Made by a program: the position numbers and the translations under genes | The notes under the pieces: generated by a model | Seen by the model: only the letters and a program-made list of their open reading frames with translations | Told to the model about the DNA's origin: nothing | The model's database searches: none | Shown here: in pieces, positions 56,886 to 64,000 of the stretch | How the letters are laid out: every line of letters starts with the position of its first letter | How positions within the stretch are numbered: position 1 is the first letter of the stretch | DNA from: Tenericutes bacterium ADurb.Bin087 | GTDB taxonomy: Bacteria > Bacillota_I > Bacilli_A > RFN20 > CAG-826 | Assembly: GCA_002070905.1 (NCBI GenBank) | Contig: MWEF01000005.1 | Coordinates: 1,412-65,411, forward strand | Direction of reading: 5' to 3' | Length of the DNA: 64,000 bases

Positions 56886-57491
56886 ATGGCAAAAAATAAA
56901 AAGAACGACGTTGCTTTATATGATGATTCAGCTTACGAGCAAGATGATTTAAAATACGCCGCTGATGATGAGAAGTATGCTGAACCATTAGATGAGGATG
57001 AAGGCGAAACCAAAGCAAAACGGAAGAAAAAGAAAAAAGCGCCAAAAGAAATAAAAGACCCGAAAGAAAGAAAAGACGGACGCGAATTAAAAGGCGATAA
57101 GACTTTAACTGATCGCTATCGTTATAAAGGGCGATATTATCTTTTACCAGAACGCGAACTGCGAAAACAACTTCGTTTCTATCAAAAAGTCTTTAATTAT
57201 CGCTTTTTAGGAATTATTGCTGGAGTTATTGCCTTAGTTTTCGCGATTCTAGCGTTAATGTTTAATGCTTATTTTGCTGTATTTACATTGCTTGTCGTTA
57301 TTACTGGTTTGGTGTATGGTGTTCTTGGGATGTTTAAGCTGCGGGGTTTAAATTGGATTCTTGTATTAATGGGAATTGGATTAAATATTGTGGCTATTGT
57401 ACTGGCAATGAAACCATTAACATTTGTCTTTAAACATCTCGGTGAAATTATCGAGCTTATCAGTGAATACATTAGTGCCGCGGGTGTTTAA
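56886..57491 (+). CDS. hypothetical membrane protein with a charged, disordered N-terminus and 3 C-terminal TM helices
   Basis: 201 aa. An acidic stretch (DDSAYEQDDLKYAADDEKYAEPLDEDEGE) is followed by a Lys-rich stretch (KAKRKKKKKAPKEIKDPKERKD) and three hydrophobic helices. I recognise no family. Confidence 0.5.
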   Translation: MAKNKKNDVALYDDSAYEQDDLKYAADDEKYAEPLDEDEGETKAKRKKKKKAPKEIKDPKERKDGRELKGDKTLTDRYRYKGRYYLLPERELRKQLRFYQKVFNYRFLGIIAGVIALVFAILALMFNAYFAVFTLLVVITGLVYGVLGMFKLRGLNWILVLMGIGLNIVAIVLAMKPLTFVFKHLGEIIELISEYISAAGV

Positions 57492-57500
57492 CTTATTCAG

Positions 57501-57531
57501 TTATCAACAATACGCTATTACTTATCAACAA
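57501..57531 (+). repeat. 10-bp direct repeat TTATCAACAA x2, spaced 21 bp
   Basis: The copies lie at 57501-57510 and 57522-57531, between the stop of the 201-aa gene and its terminator. Confidence 0.85.
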
Positions 57532-57551
57532 AATACATATTATAGGACATG

Positions 57552-57577
57552 AAAGGTATTAAACATACCTTTTTTAT
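57552..57577 (+). terminator. rho-independent terminator upstream of gdpP
   Basis: The stem AAAGGUAU/AUACCUUU (8 bp) has loop UAAAC and is followed by UUUUUAUU. A TATAAT (57580-57585) follows immediately. Confidence 0.7.
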
Positions 57578-57613
57578 TGTATAATTACCCTAAAGAGAAA
57601 ACGAGGTATTGCT

Positions 57614-59701
57614 ATGATTAAAGCTATTACTATATTACGTAAACGAACAATTATCCTTGTCATAATCGAGGCGCTTTTACTTGTCACAATAAGTGTTTTC
57701 TATTATTTGAACTTATTTAATATCCAAGAAATCTTTATCCCCGCTGTTATTTTCGTGATTGCGATTGGTGTTGTTTTCTTTAATTTGCTCGTTTTTATTT
57801 TCATTACAGCTAGAATTAATAAACTACGAAAAAAGAATACATTTGAACTTGTGAATTTACTAGGCGGTGACGTAAAAGAAGCATATAACTTTGGAATGCT
57901 TGGCCTTGTTGTCGTTGATAATGATTTTAATGTTACCTGGGCTAGTGAATTATTTAAAGAACGGCGTCTTTTAATTATTGATAAAAATATTCTAGCGTGG
58001 AAACCAGAGTTAATTAGACTTGTCGAGATAAGTGAAGTGCTGGCTGATAATGTTGATGATACGATTAAAGTTGAAATCGAATCACGGAACTATGAAGTTA
58101 AATATTTAAGTAAAGCAGGAATCTTCTTATTTAAAGACATTACTGAATTTGAATACTTATTTGATAGTAACCAAGCAACAGCGCCTGTTTTAGGGGTAGT
58201 GGTCATTGATAACTTTGTTGATATCGTGGTTAAAGGCGAACACTCTAACCCAGTATTTGGGGTCGTTAATAATTTGATTACGGAATATTTCGCTAATTTT
58301 GGCGTACTTTTAAAGCAATATCGTGAAGATGCCTATTTACTTATTCTAAATAAAGAAAATTTTGATAAATTGTACGCGGATAATTTTTCAATTTTACAAA
58401 AAATTAAAGATAAGACCGCTAATCACGACTATCATATTTCATTATCAATGGCATTTGCCTATAACTTCCCCGATGTTTTAAAGCTTAATGAACTTGTTCT
58501 TAATGCAATTGATACAGCAATGGCGCGCGGAGGTGACCAAGTTGTCATCGCGCGTTATGGTGAAGAAAGCGAGTTTATTGGTGGCGCTACTTCACAAGCG
58601 GAAAAACGTAACAAAACAGCGATTAGATTGTACGCTGATACAATCTTCCGCCATATAAGAGAAGCAAAGAACGTCTTAATTATGGCGCATACGGATACAG
58701 ACCTTGATGCTTTTGGGGCCTCGCTAGGCTTAAAAGCAATGGCTGATTACGTCAAAAAAACACAAAAAGGAACGAAGGTTCAATTTCAACCAGCGCGGAT
58801 TGTTTATGAACATAACCTGACAGAATTAAAAACGCGAATGGCTGTCAACCGCATGTTTACGAAACAAGAAATGAATGAAATGTTTGTTTCGCCTGAAGAA
58901 ATTGACGATCAAAAAGGAAGTTCTAGTCTTGTTAATTCGGGGACACTTTTAATTATTGCCGACGTCTCACGGCCCCAAATGACGCTTCATCCAAAACTGC
59001 TTGAGCGAGTGGATAAAGTAATTGTGATTGATCACCACCGCCGCACGGATGAATTTATCGATCAACGCCTTTATGACTATATTGAAACAAGTGCAAGTTC
59101 AACGTGTGAAATCGTTACGGAATTATTACATTATGGCAATACTCCAAACTTTGTATTACCACCAAAATATGCAACGTTTATGCTTGCGGGCATTTATTTA
59201 GATACAAATTACTTTAGAACAAAGACAACAGGTTCACGAACATTTCTCGCAAGTATGGTTTTAGAAGATTGGGGCGCTGATGTGATGACCGCTGATGATT
59301 TCTTAAAAGATAACTTTGAAGAATATGCCCTTATTACTAAAATTATGGCTAACATGACCACATTTAGTGTTGGTATTGTATTTTTAAAAGCGGATGAAAC
59401 AGATATTGTGACACCAGAAACACTATCAAAAGTCGCCAATCAAAGTATGCGGATTAAAGGTATTCAAGCGTCCTTTGTTATTGGTTATACAGCACCAAAA
59501 GTCGTTAAAGTCAGTGGTCGCAGTAACGGCGAAATTAACGTCCAATTCTTACTTGAAAAAGTTGGGGGCGGTGGTCACCAAGCAAGCGCCGCAACAGTAT
59601 TTACGGATAAAACTTTAGATGAAGTCCAAGAAATATTGGAAGATGTCATTAATCAAAACTTAAGTCAAGCCAAGGTTATTGGCGGCAAGAAGGGAGGCTA
59701 A
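57614..59701 (+). CDS. gdpP: cyclic-di-AMP phosphodiesterase GdpP (2 TM, PAS-like, degenerate GGDEF, DHH/DHHA1)
   Basis: 695 aa with two N-terminal TM helices, DHH motifs ([29 protein letters not shown]) and DHHA1 [10 protein letters not shown]. Synteny is gdpP-rplI-dnaB. Confidence 0.9.
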   Translation: MIKAITILRKRTIILVIIEALLLVTISVFYYLNLFNIQEIFIPAVIFVIAIGVVFFNLLVFIFITARINKLRKKNTFELVNLLGGDVKEAYNFGMLGLVVVDNDFNVTWASELFKERRLLIIDKNILAWKPELIRLVEISEVLADNVDDTIKVEIESRNYEVKYLSKAGIFLFKDITEFEYLFDSNQATAPVLGVVVIDNFVDIVVKGEHSNPVFGVVNNLITEYFANFGVLLKQYREDAYLLILNKENFDKLYADNFSILQKIKDKTANHDYHISLSMAFAYNFPDVLKLNELVLNAIDTAMARGGDQVVIARYGEESEFIGGATSQAEKRNKTAIRLYADTIFRHIREAKNVLIMAHTDTDLDAFGASLGLKAMADYVKKTQKGTKVQFQPARIVYEHNLTELKTRMAVNRMFTKQEMNEMFVSPEEIDDQKGSSSLVNSGTLLIIADVSRPQMTLHPKLLERVDKVIVIDHHRRTDEFIDQRLYDYIETSASSTCEIVTELLHYGNTPNFVLPPKYATFMLAGIYLDTNYFRTKTTGSRTFLASMVLEDWGADVMTADDFLKDNFEEYALITKIMANMTTFSVGIVFLKADETDIVTPETLSKVANQSMRIKGIQASFVIGYTAPKVVKVSGRSNGEINVQFLLEKVGGGGHQASAATVFTDKTLDEVQEILEDVINQNLSQAKVIGGKKGG

Positions 59702-59703
59702 AA

Positions 59704-60153
59704 ATGAAAGTTATTTTATTAAAAGATGTTAAAAAGGTCGGAAAAAAAGATCAAATTATTGATGTTAGTGATGGTTATGCCACAAACTTTTTAATTCCTC
59801 AAAAACTTGCCGTTCCTTACAACGAACGCACTATTTCACAATTAAAAGCAAATCAAGCGCGTATTATTGCTGAAGAGAAAGCACAACAAGCAGAAGCACT
59901 TGTTAACAAGAAAAAGCTCGAAGAAAAAGAAATTAGTTTTGTGCTTGCGATTGGTGAAAAAGGCAAAGCCTTTGGGGCGATTACCGCTAAAAAAGTGGAA
60001 GAAAAGATTAAAGAACAATTTAAGGTTAATGTTGATCGGCGCAAGTTTGTGAACTTTCAACCATTAAACCAACTGGGGCCCGCAATAGTGGAGGTTGAAC
60101 TTTTCAAAGATGTCATTGCAAAAGTGAAAGTCCTAGTCAAAGATAAGGAGTAA
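59704..60153 (+). CDS. rplI: 50S ribosomal protein L9
   Basis: 149 aa beginning [36 protein letters not shown]. Confidence 0.95.
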   Translation: MKVILLKDVKKVGKKDQIIDVSDGYATNFLIPQKLAVPYNERTISQLKANQARIIAEEKAQQAEALVNKKKLEEKEISFVLAIGEKGKAFGAITAKKVEEKIKEQFKVNVDRRKFVNFQPLNQLGPAIVEVELFKDVIAKVKVLVKDKE

Positions 60154-60155
60154 TT

Positions 60156-61661
60156 ATGAAATTTGATAACAACCCTTTTACTCTAACTGATAAAACAATC
60201 ATCATTCCTAATGACACAATTCTTGAACGAACAGTGTTAGGGTTAATGATTACAAGTCCTGATGCTCTAGAAGTGGGGATGCAACACTTAGAAGCAAGTT
60301 ATTTTCCAAATATTGATAATAATAACCGCGCTATTTTCCATGCAATGAAACTTTTGCACGAAGAAAGTGTCAATGTTGATATCGTGACCGTCAGCGGCAA
60401 GTTAAAAGAATTGCGGCTCTTTAGCGCTGTGGGTGGCCTAGAGTATTTAAGTTCAATTGCCGAAGAAGCAATCACTTATTCTGCGATTAAGGATTATTGC
60501 TTAAGCTTACGTGATTTAGATTTATTACGTAAAGCTTTAAAAGTAATGGATACTGGAATTGAAAAACATCGTCAAGGGAAAGTTGGTGATGTGAATGACT
60601 ATTTAAGTGACTTATTACGCGATGTCACTAAAGTTGCGGAAGAACGTCGGATTATGGACTTTGAGTCACTTGGGGATATCGCACGGGACTTAAAAGCCCA
60701 CCTTGAAAAAATGCAAAAGTCTGGTAGTAAATTAACAGGTAGTAGAACAGGTTTTAGTGATCTTGATCAATTTACACATGGCTTCCAAGAGGATAACTAC
60801 ATTATTATTGCAGCGCGACCCGCTGTAGGAAAAACAGCGTTTGGTTTAAGTTTAGCGTATAACATGGCCAAACTTAATGAACGCGCTGTTGGTTTTTTCT
60901 CGCTTGAGATGGGTAATCAACAATTAATGCAACGACTTGTTTCAAAAGTATCTGGTGTCCTTCATAAAAACATTATGACTGGTTATCTTAACAAAACAGA
61001 ACGCGTCAAAGTTTATGAAACATTAGAAAACTTAAAGCACGTCAAACTATATATTGATGAAACGCCAGGGATTAATATTAATGACCTATTAATTAAAGCG
61101 CGAAAGTTAAAACGTGAAAATGATGATTTATGCGCTATTTTTGTGGACTATATTGGCTTAATTACCACAAGTGGTCCAGTCGAAAGCAGACAAATTCAAC
61201 TTAGTGAAATAAGTGCGGCGCTAAAAGGTCTCGCGCGCGAACTTAATATTTCGGTGATTGCATTATCGCAACTATCACGTGCTGTCGAAGCGACAAAAGA
61301 TAAAATGCCGCAGATGAGTCACCTACGTGAATCTGGTAGTCTAGAACAAGATGCTGACTTAGTGTTTTTAATGTATCGTGAAGATTATTATGTTAAACAA
61401 GGAACAATTAAACCGATTGATGCTACATACCAATCTTATTATGAAACACTTGCGAGAGCTACTGAAGAGTCAAAAGACCCAAGCAAAAATCTTGATGTTT
61501 CCCCGGTGGATATCATTCTAGCCAAAAATAGAAGCGGTGAAACAGGAGTGGCAACATTACTATTTTTCAAGGCGATTTCTAGTTTTGATAATCCTAGTCC
61601 AGAGTTAACTAAACTGTTTACGTCCGCAAGAAAAGAAAAAGGATCTAATTATAGCGAATGA
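60156..61661 (+). CDS. dnaB: replicative DNA helicase (DnaB family; DnaC in Bacillus nomenclature)
   Basis: 501 aa with Walker A ARPAVGKTAFGLSLA, FSLEMG, Walker B IFVDYIGL, SQLSR and AKNRSGETG. Confidence 0.95.
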   Translation: MKFDNNPFTLTDKTIIIPNDTILERTVLGLMITSPDALEVGMQHLEASYFPNIDNNNRAIFHAMKLLHEESVNVDIVTVSGKLKELRLFSAVGGLEYLSSIAEEAITYSAIKDYCLSLRDLDLLRKALKVMDTGIEKHRQGKVGDVNDYLSDLLRDVTKVAEERRIMDFESLGDIARDLKAHLEKMQKSGSKLTGSRTGFSDLDQFTHGFQEDNYIIIAARPAVGKTAFGLSLAYNMAKLNERAVGFFSLEMGNQQLMQRLVSKVSGVLHKNIMTGYLNKTERVKVYETLENLKHVKLYIDETPGININDLLIKARKLKRENDDLCAIFVDYIGLITTSGPVESRQIQLSEISAALKGLARELNISVIALSQLSRAVEATKDKMPQMSHLRESGSLEQDADLVFLMYREDYYVKQGTIKPIDATYQSYYETLARATEESKDPSKNLDVSPVDIILAKNRSGETGVATLLFFKAISSFDNPSPELTKLFTSARKEKGSNYSE

Positions 61662-62416
61662 AATACTTCATTCTCGCTAGTGGCTCAAAGGGTAACGCAA
61701 CGATTATCAAGGGGCCAGTGACAAAATTATTAATTGATTTAGGAATAAGCCTAAAAGAATATACGGAACGCTTAAATATCTTTAATTTACAAAAAGAACG
61801 CGTTTTTGCCGTGCTTTTCACTCATAAACATAGTGATCACATTACAACACAATTTAATAAAGTAGCAAACGGAAATGTATATGCACCGCTTAATACACTA
61901 CCCTTTGACGCACCATATAAAATAGTTACACCATACACCCCCTTTACAATTAATGAGTTTACAATTACACCACTGCCAACAAGTCATGATGTTAGTGATT
62001 CTGTTGGTTATATTATTGAAACGAAAGACCATAAGCTTGTATATATGACCGATACTGGTTATATCAGTACACGCAATTTAGAGTTAATGAAAAATGCGGA
62101 TGCTTATATTCTTGAAGCAAACCATAGTCCTGGTCTTTTACTTAAAACAAATAGGCCTTTTGATTTAATCCAACGAATCTTAAGTGATACTGGCCACTTA
62201 TCAAATGAAGCCGCTGCACATTATTTAGCGGAACTTATTGGACCGCGGACAAGACATATTGTGTTAGCGCACCTTAGCGAAGAGGCTAACACCCCTGAAG
62301 TAGCGCTTGAAACGCTAGATAAAGTATTGCGTAAATATGGCATTGACCAAAGCAAATTAACAATTGTAACTGCGAACCAATATGTGCCAATCACCGGTGA
62401 TCTAAATGAAAATTGA
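61658..62416 (+). CDS. MBL-fold metallo-hydrolase (YycJ/WalJ/VicX-like)
   Basis: 252 aa with ILASGSKGNATII, the metallo-beta-lactamase motif THKHSDH, DTGY and GHLSNE. Confidence 0.85.
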   Translation: MKYFILASGSKGNATIIKGPVTKLLIDLGISLKEYTERLNIFNLQKERVFAVLFTHKHSDHITTQFNKVANGNVYAPLNTLPFDAPYKIVTPYTPFTINEFTITPLPTSHDVSDSVGYIIETKDHKLVYMTDTGYISTRNLELMKNADAYILEANHSPGLLLKTNRPFDLIQRILSDTGHLSNEAAAHYLAELIGPRTRHIVLAHLSEEANTPEVALETLDKVLRKYGIDQSKLTIVTANQYVPITGDLNEN

Positions 62417-62882
62417 TGTTATTGTTATTGGTAAAAGTAAAGGGGCGCTTTTAAGTGCTAGCGAGGAGTATACTAAAATGATCAGTAAATACGCGGATAT
62501 TTTAGTTAGTGAAATTAAGGAAGAGCGAATTCCCGCTAAAGCAAGCGATGCACAAATTGAAGCGGTATTAGATAAAGAGGCGGAAGCAATCTTAAAACGG
62601 ATTGGCGAACGTGACTATGTTTATGCACTATCACCCGCTGGTCACGGACTTGATTCGGTTACTTTTAGTGCGGATTTACGTAACGCTTTTGATGTTGGAC
62701 AAAGCAAGGTTGTCTTTGTTGTTGGTAGTTCATACGGATTAGGAAAAGAAGTATATAAACGCGCTAATTTTAATTTAAGTTTTGGTAAAATGACCTTTCC
62801 CCATCAACTATTTAGAGTGATGCTTCTTGAACAAATATTTAGAGCATTTAAAATTGCAAATAACGAAACATATCACAAGTAA
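62406..62882 (+). CDS. rlmH: 23S rRNA (pseudouridine1915-N3)-methyltransferase (SPOUT)
   Basis: 158 aa with VVGSSYGLGKEV and SFGKMTFPHQLFRVMLLEQIFRAF. The size and C-terminal knot motif are typical of RlmH. Confidence 0.9.
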   Translation: MKIDVIVIGKSKGALLSASEEYTKMISKYADILVSEIKEERIPAKASDAQIEAVLDKEAEAILKRIGERDYVYALSPAGHGLDSVTFSADLRNAFDVGQSKVVFVVGSSYGLGKEVYKRANFNLSFGKMTFPHQLFRVMLLEQIFRAFKIANNETYHK

Positions 62883-62896
62883 GGAGTATTAATAAC

Positions 62897-63283
62897 ATGG
62901 CAAATAAAAAACATTATGATTACGATTATGATAATCTTGTCACCGCATGGAATTATGGTGAATTCAAACATTTAAAACGTGTTGATAATCCGCGGACCCC
63001 ATTTGCGCGCGGTTATATATTTGAAGAGGGCGAATTTTATATTGAGCCATGGTTTTATACGCAATTAACACGCATTTTAGAACGCTTTCCGCGCGAACAT
63101 GAACGGATTATGGACGTGTTTTTCAATATTGCGCGCGAAGGAAAACATGTGCTATTTACTCGTGATTTTAATGAACCAATATTTAACGACGAAAATTATT
63201 TGCTTGTGGAAATTGATGAAGTTATTGAAGGCGCAAAACTTATAATTGATGATATATCGCGCGGGAGTGATTATGGCGATTAA
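62897..63283 (+). CDS. hypothetical acidic/aromatic-rich protein with C-terminal ...GSDYGD
   Basis: 128 aa with no Cys, no signal peptide and no TM helix. The RBS is AAGGAG. The 3' end overlaps the downstream ATP-grasp gene by 11 nt. I recognise no family. Confidence 0.55.
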   Translation: MANKKHYDYDYDNLVTAWNYGEFKHLKRVDNPRTPFARGYIFEEGEFYIEPWFYTQLTRILERFPREHERIMDVFFNIAREGKHVLFTRDFNEPIFNDENYLLVEIDEVIEGAKLIIDDISRGSDYGD

Positions 63284-64000
63284 GGGCATTTTTGTCACGA
63301 ACATTGGTCAAAATAGTGAAAAGTTCCGGATTCAAGCTGATGAATTTTTAAGTAAAGCCAAAACTTTCCCTGACCTTGAATTAATTGAAGTTAAAAACCA
63401 AAATGTATTAAGTTATATAAAAAATAATACCCCAGATTTTTGTCTTTTTTGGGACAAGGATATTTATTTAGCAAAGCGGATTGAAACTAAGGGTATTAAA
63501 GTATTTAATAATCCTAAAACAATTTATTTGTGTGATGATAAAGCTTTAAGTGCAGCAGTGCTTGATAAGGCAAACATAGCGCAACCGCGCTTCTTTGTTT
63601 TTCCCTTGCATTATTTTGGCAACATTATTGAATATTATGATGCCTATAAAGAAGAATTACTCGCCTTAAAGTTTCCACTAGTTATTAAAGAACGATTTGG
63701 GTCATTTGGCGATCAAGTCTATTTAGCGCATAACGAAGAAGAACTAAAAAAGATTATTGAAAAACACGGAACAAAACCACTAATGGCCCAAGCATTTGTT
63801 AATGGTGAAAAAGGAACTGACTACCGCGTTAATGTTGTGGGTAACAAAGTAATGTTTACCGTAAAAAGAGTAAATGAAAAAGATTTTAGAAGTAATATTA
63901 ATCAAGGGGGGAAGGCTTCATTAGTAAGTGCTTCTCATGAAATTGAAAATCTAGCGCTAGAAGCAACAAAAGCAGTGTATGGTGACTTTGCAGGAGTGGA
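63273..64000 (+). CDS. ATP-grasp ligase of the RimK/LysX family; C-terminus cut off by the window end
   Basis: Not in the ORF track because it runs off the edge. My translation from ATG 63273 is MAIKGIFVTNIGQ...DKALSAAVLDKANIAQPRF...FPLVIKERFGSFGDQVYLA...AQAFVNGEKGTDYRVNVVGNKVMFTVKRVNEKDFRSNINQGGKASLV...AVYGDFAGV. This is colinear with E. coli RimK as I recall it. Confidence 0.8.
   Translation, partial: MAIKGIFVTNIGQNSEKFRIQADEFLSKAKTFPDLELIEVKNQNVLSYIKNNTPDFCLFWDKDIYLAKRIETKGIKVFNNPKTIYLCDDKALSAAVLDKANIAQPRFFVFPLHYFGNIIEYYDAYKEELLALKFPLVIKERFGSFGDQVYLAHNEEELKKIIEKHGTKPLMAQAFVNGEKGTDYRVNVVGNKVMFTVKRVNEKDFRSNINQGGKASLVSASHEIENLALEATKAVYGDFAGV

Noticed and set aside
57501-57531. Reading the TTATCAACA repeats as bona fide DnaA boxes
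   Set aside because: The mismatch (C to A at box position 6) hits one of the most conserved positions of TTATCCACA. I therefore report only the repeat itself, not DnaA binding.
1-64000. Window-wide enrichment of the AATTGTA motif as evidence for a regulon. Extra copies occur at 54728, 56832 and 56863, among others.
   Set aside because: For this base composition I estimate on the order of 20-30 chance occurrences of a 7-mer like this on both strands of 64 kb, and its reverse complement is a -10-like hexamer. Only the local cluster at 27478-27547 and the perfect palindromes are treated as signal.
1-64000. CRISPR arrays, IS elements or transposases, integrases, prophage or defence islands, tRNA or rRNA genes
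   Set aside because: Reading all intergenic regions longer than 40 nt on both strands revealed no repeat-spacer arrays, terminal inverted repeats, recombinase-like ORFs or cloverleaf/rRNA-like sequences. Every long ORF is accounted for by a housekeeping or transporter family.

Overview
This window is the chromosomal replication-origin region of an AT-rich, low-GC Gram-positive-lineage bacterium (Bacillota/Mycoplasmatota). Gene content and order look Acholeplasma- or Erysipelotrichia-like. TGA is used as a stop codon (e.g. rsmA, tatD), so this is not a code-4 mycoplasma.

Gene orientation flips at about 19.3-19.8 kb. dnaA-dnaN-yaaA-recF-gyrB-gyrA and one unknown gene run leftward on the minus strand. 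rpmH-rnpA-yidC-jag run rightward on the plus strand. DnaA-box clusters lie upstream of dnaA and in the dnaA-dnaN spacer, giving a bipartite oriC as in Bacillus.

I call 56 protein-coding genes, two of them cut by the window edges. I also call one small SRP RNA (ffs), a serS T-box leader, and rpmH (44 aa, too short for the ORF track). Several sigma-A-type promoters and rho-independent terminators were read directly from the sequence.

Content is almost entirely housekeeping:
- replication (dnaA, dnaN, gyrAB, ssb, dnaB)
- translation and RNA modification (serS, lysS, tadA, mnmE, rsmA, rnmV, tilS, dusB, rsuA, rlmH, pth, rqcP, S6/S18/L9/L34)
- repair (recF, mfd) and ftsH
- envelope precursors (glmU, ispE, a PAP2 phosphatase, DUF368)
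- ppdK
- one ABC importer, three ABC exporters and a P-type ATPase

I see no rRNA or tRNA genes, CRISPR arrays, IS or transposase genes, integrases, prophage genes, or recognisable defence or toxin-antitoxin genes. I therefore cannot honestly point to a clear novel system.

The best leads are:
1. A translationally coupled pair at the right edge: an unknown 128-aa acidic protein with a LysW-like C-terminal tail (DYGD), followed by a RimK/LysX-type ATP-grasp ligase.
2. An unknown 333-aa gene tightly coupled to gyrA.
3. A split ABC importer whose two promoters carry related AATTGTA-type palindromes, and whose ATPase carries a ~115-aa insertion.
4. A compact oriC with a DnaA-trio-like element abutting dnaN.
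5. A DUF368-PAP2 polyprenyl-phosphate recycling pair in a genome region that lacks the wall and division genes found here in Bacillus.
6. An extra membrane-protein gene inserted into the conserved yybS-gdpP-rplI-dnaB cluster.

All functional calls come from motif and synteny recognition by eye. No database search was run.
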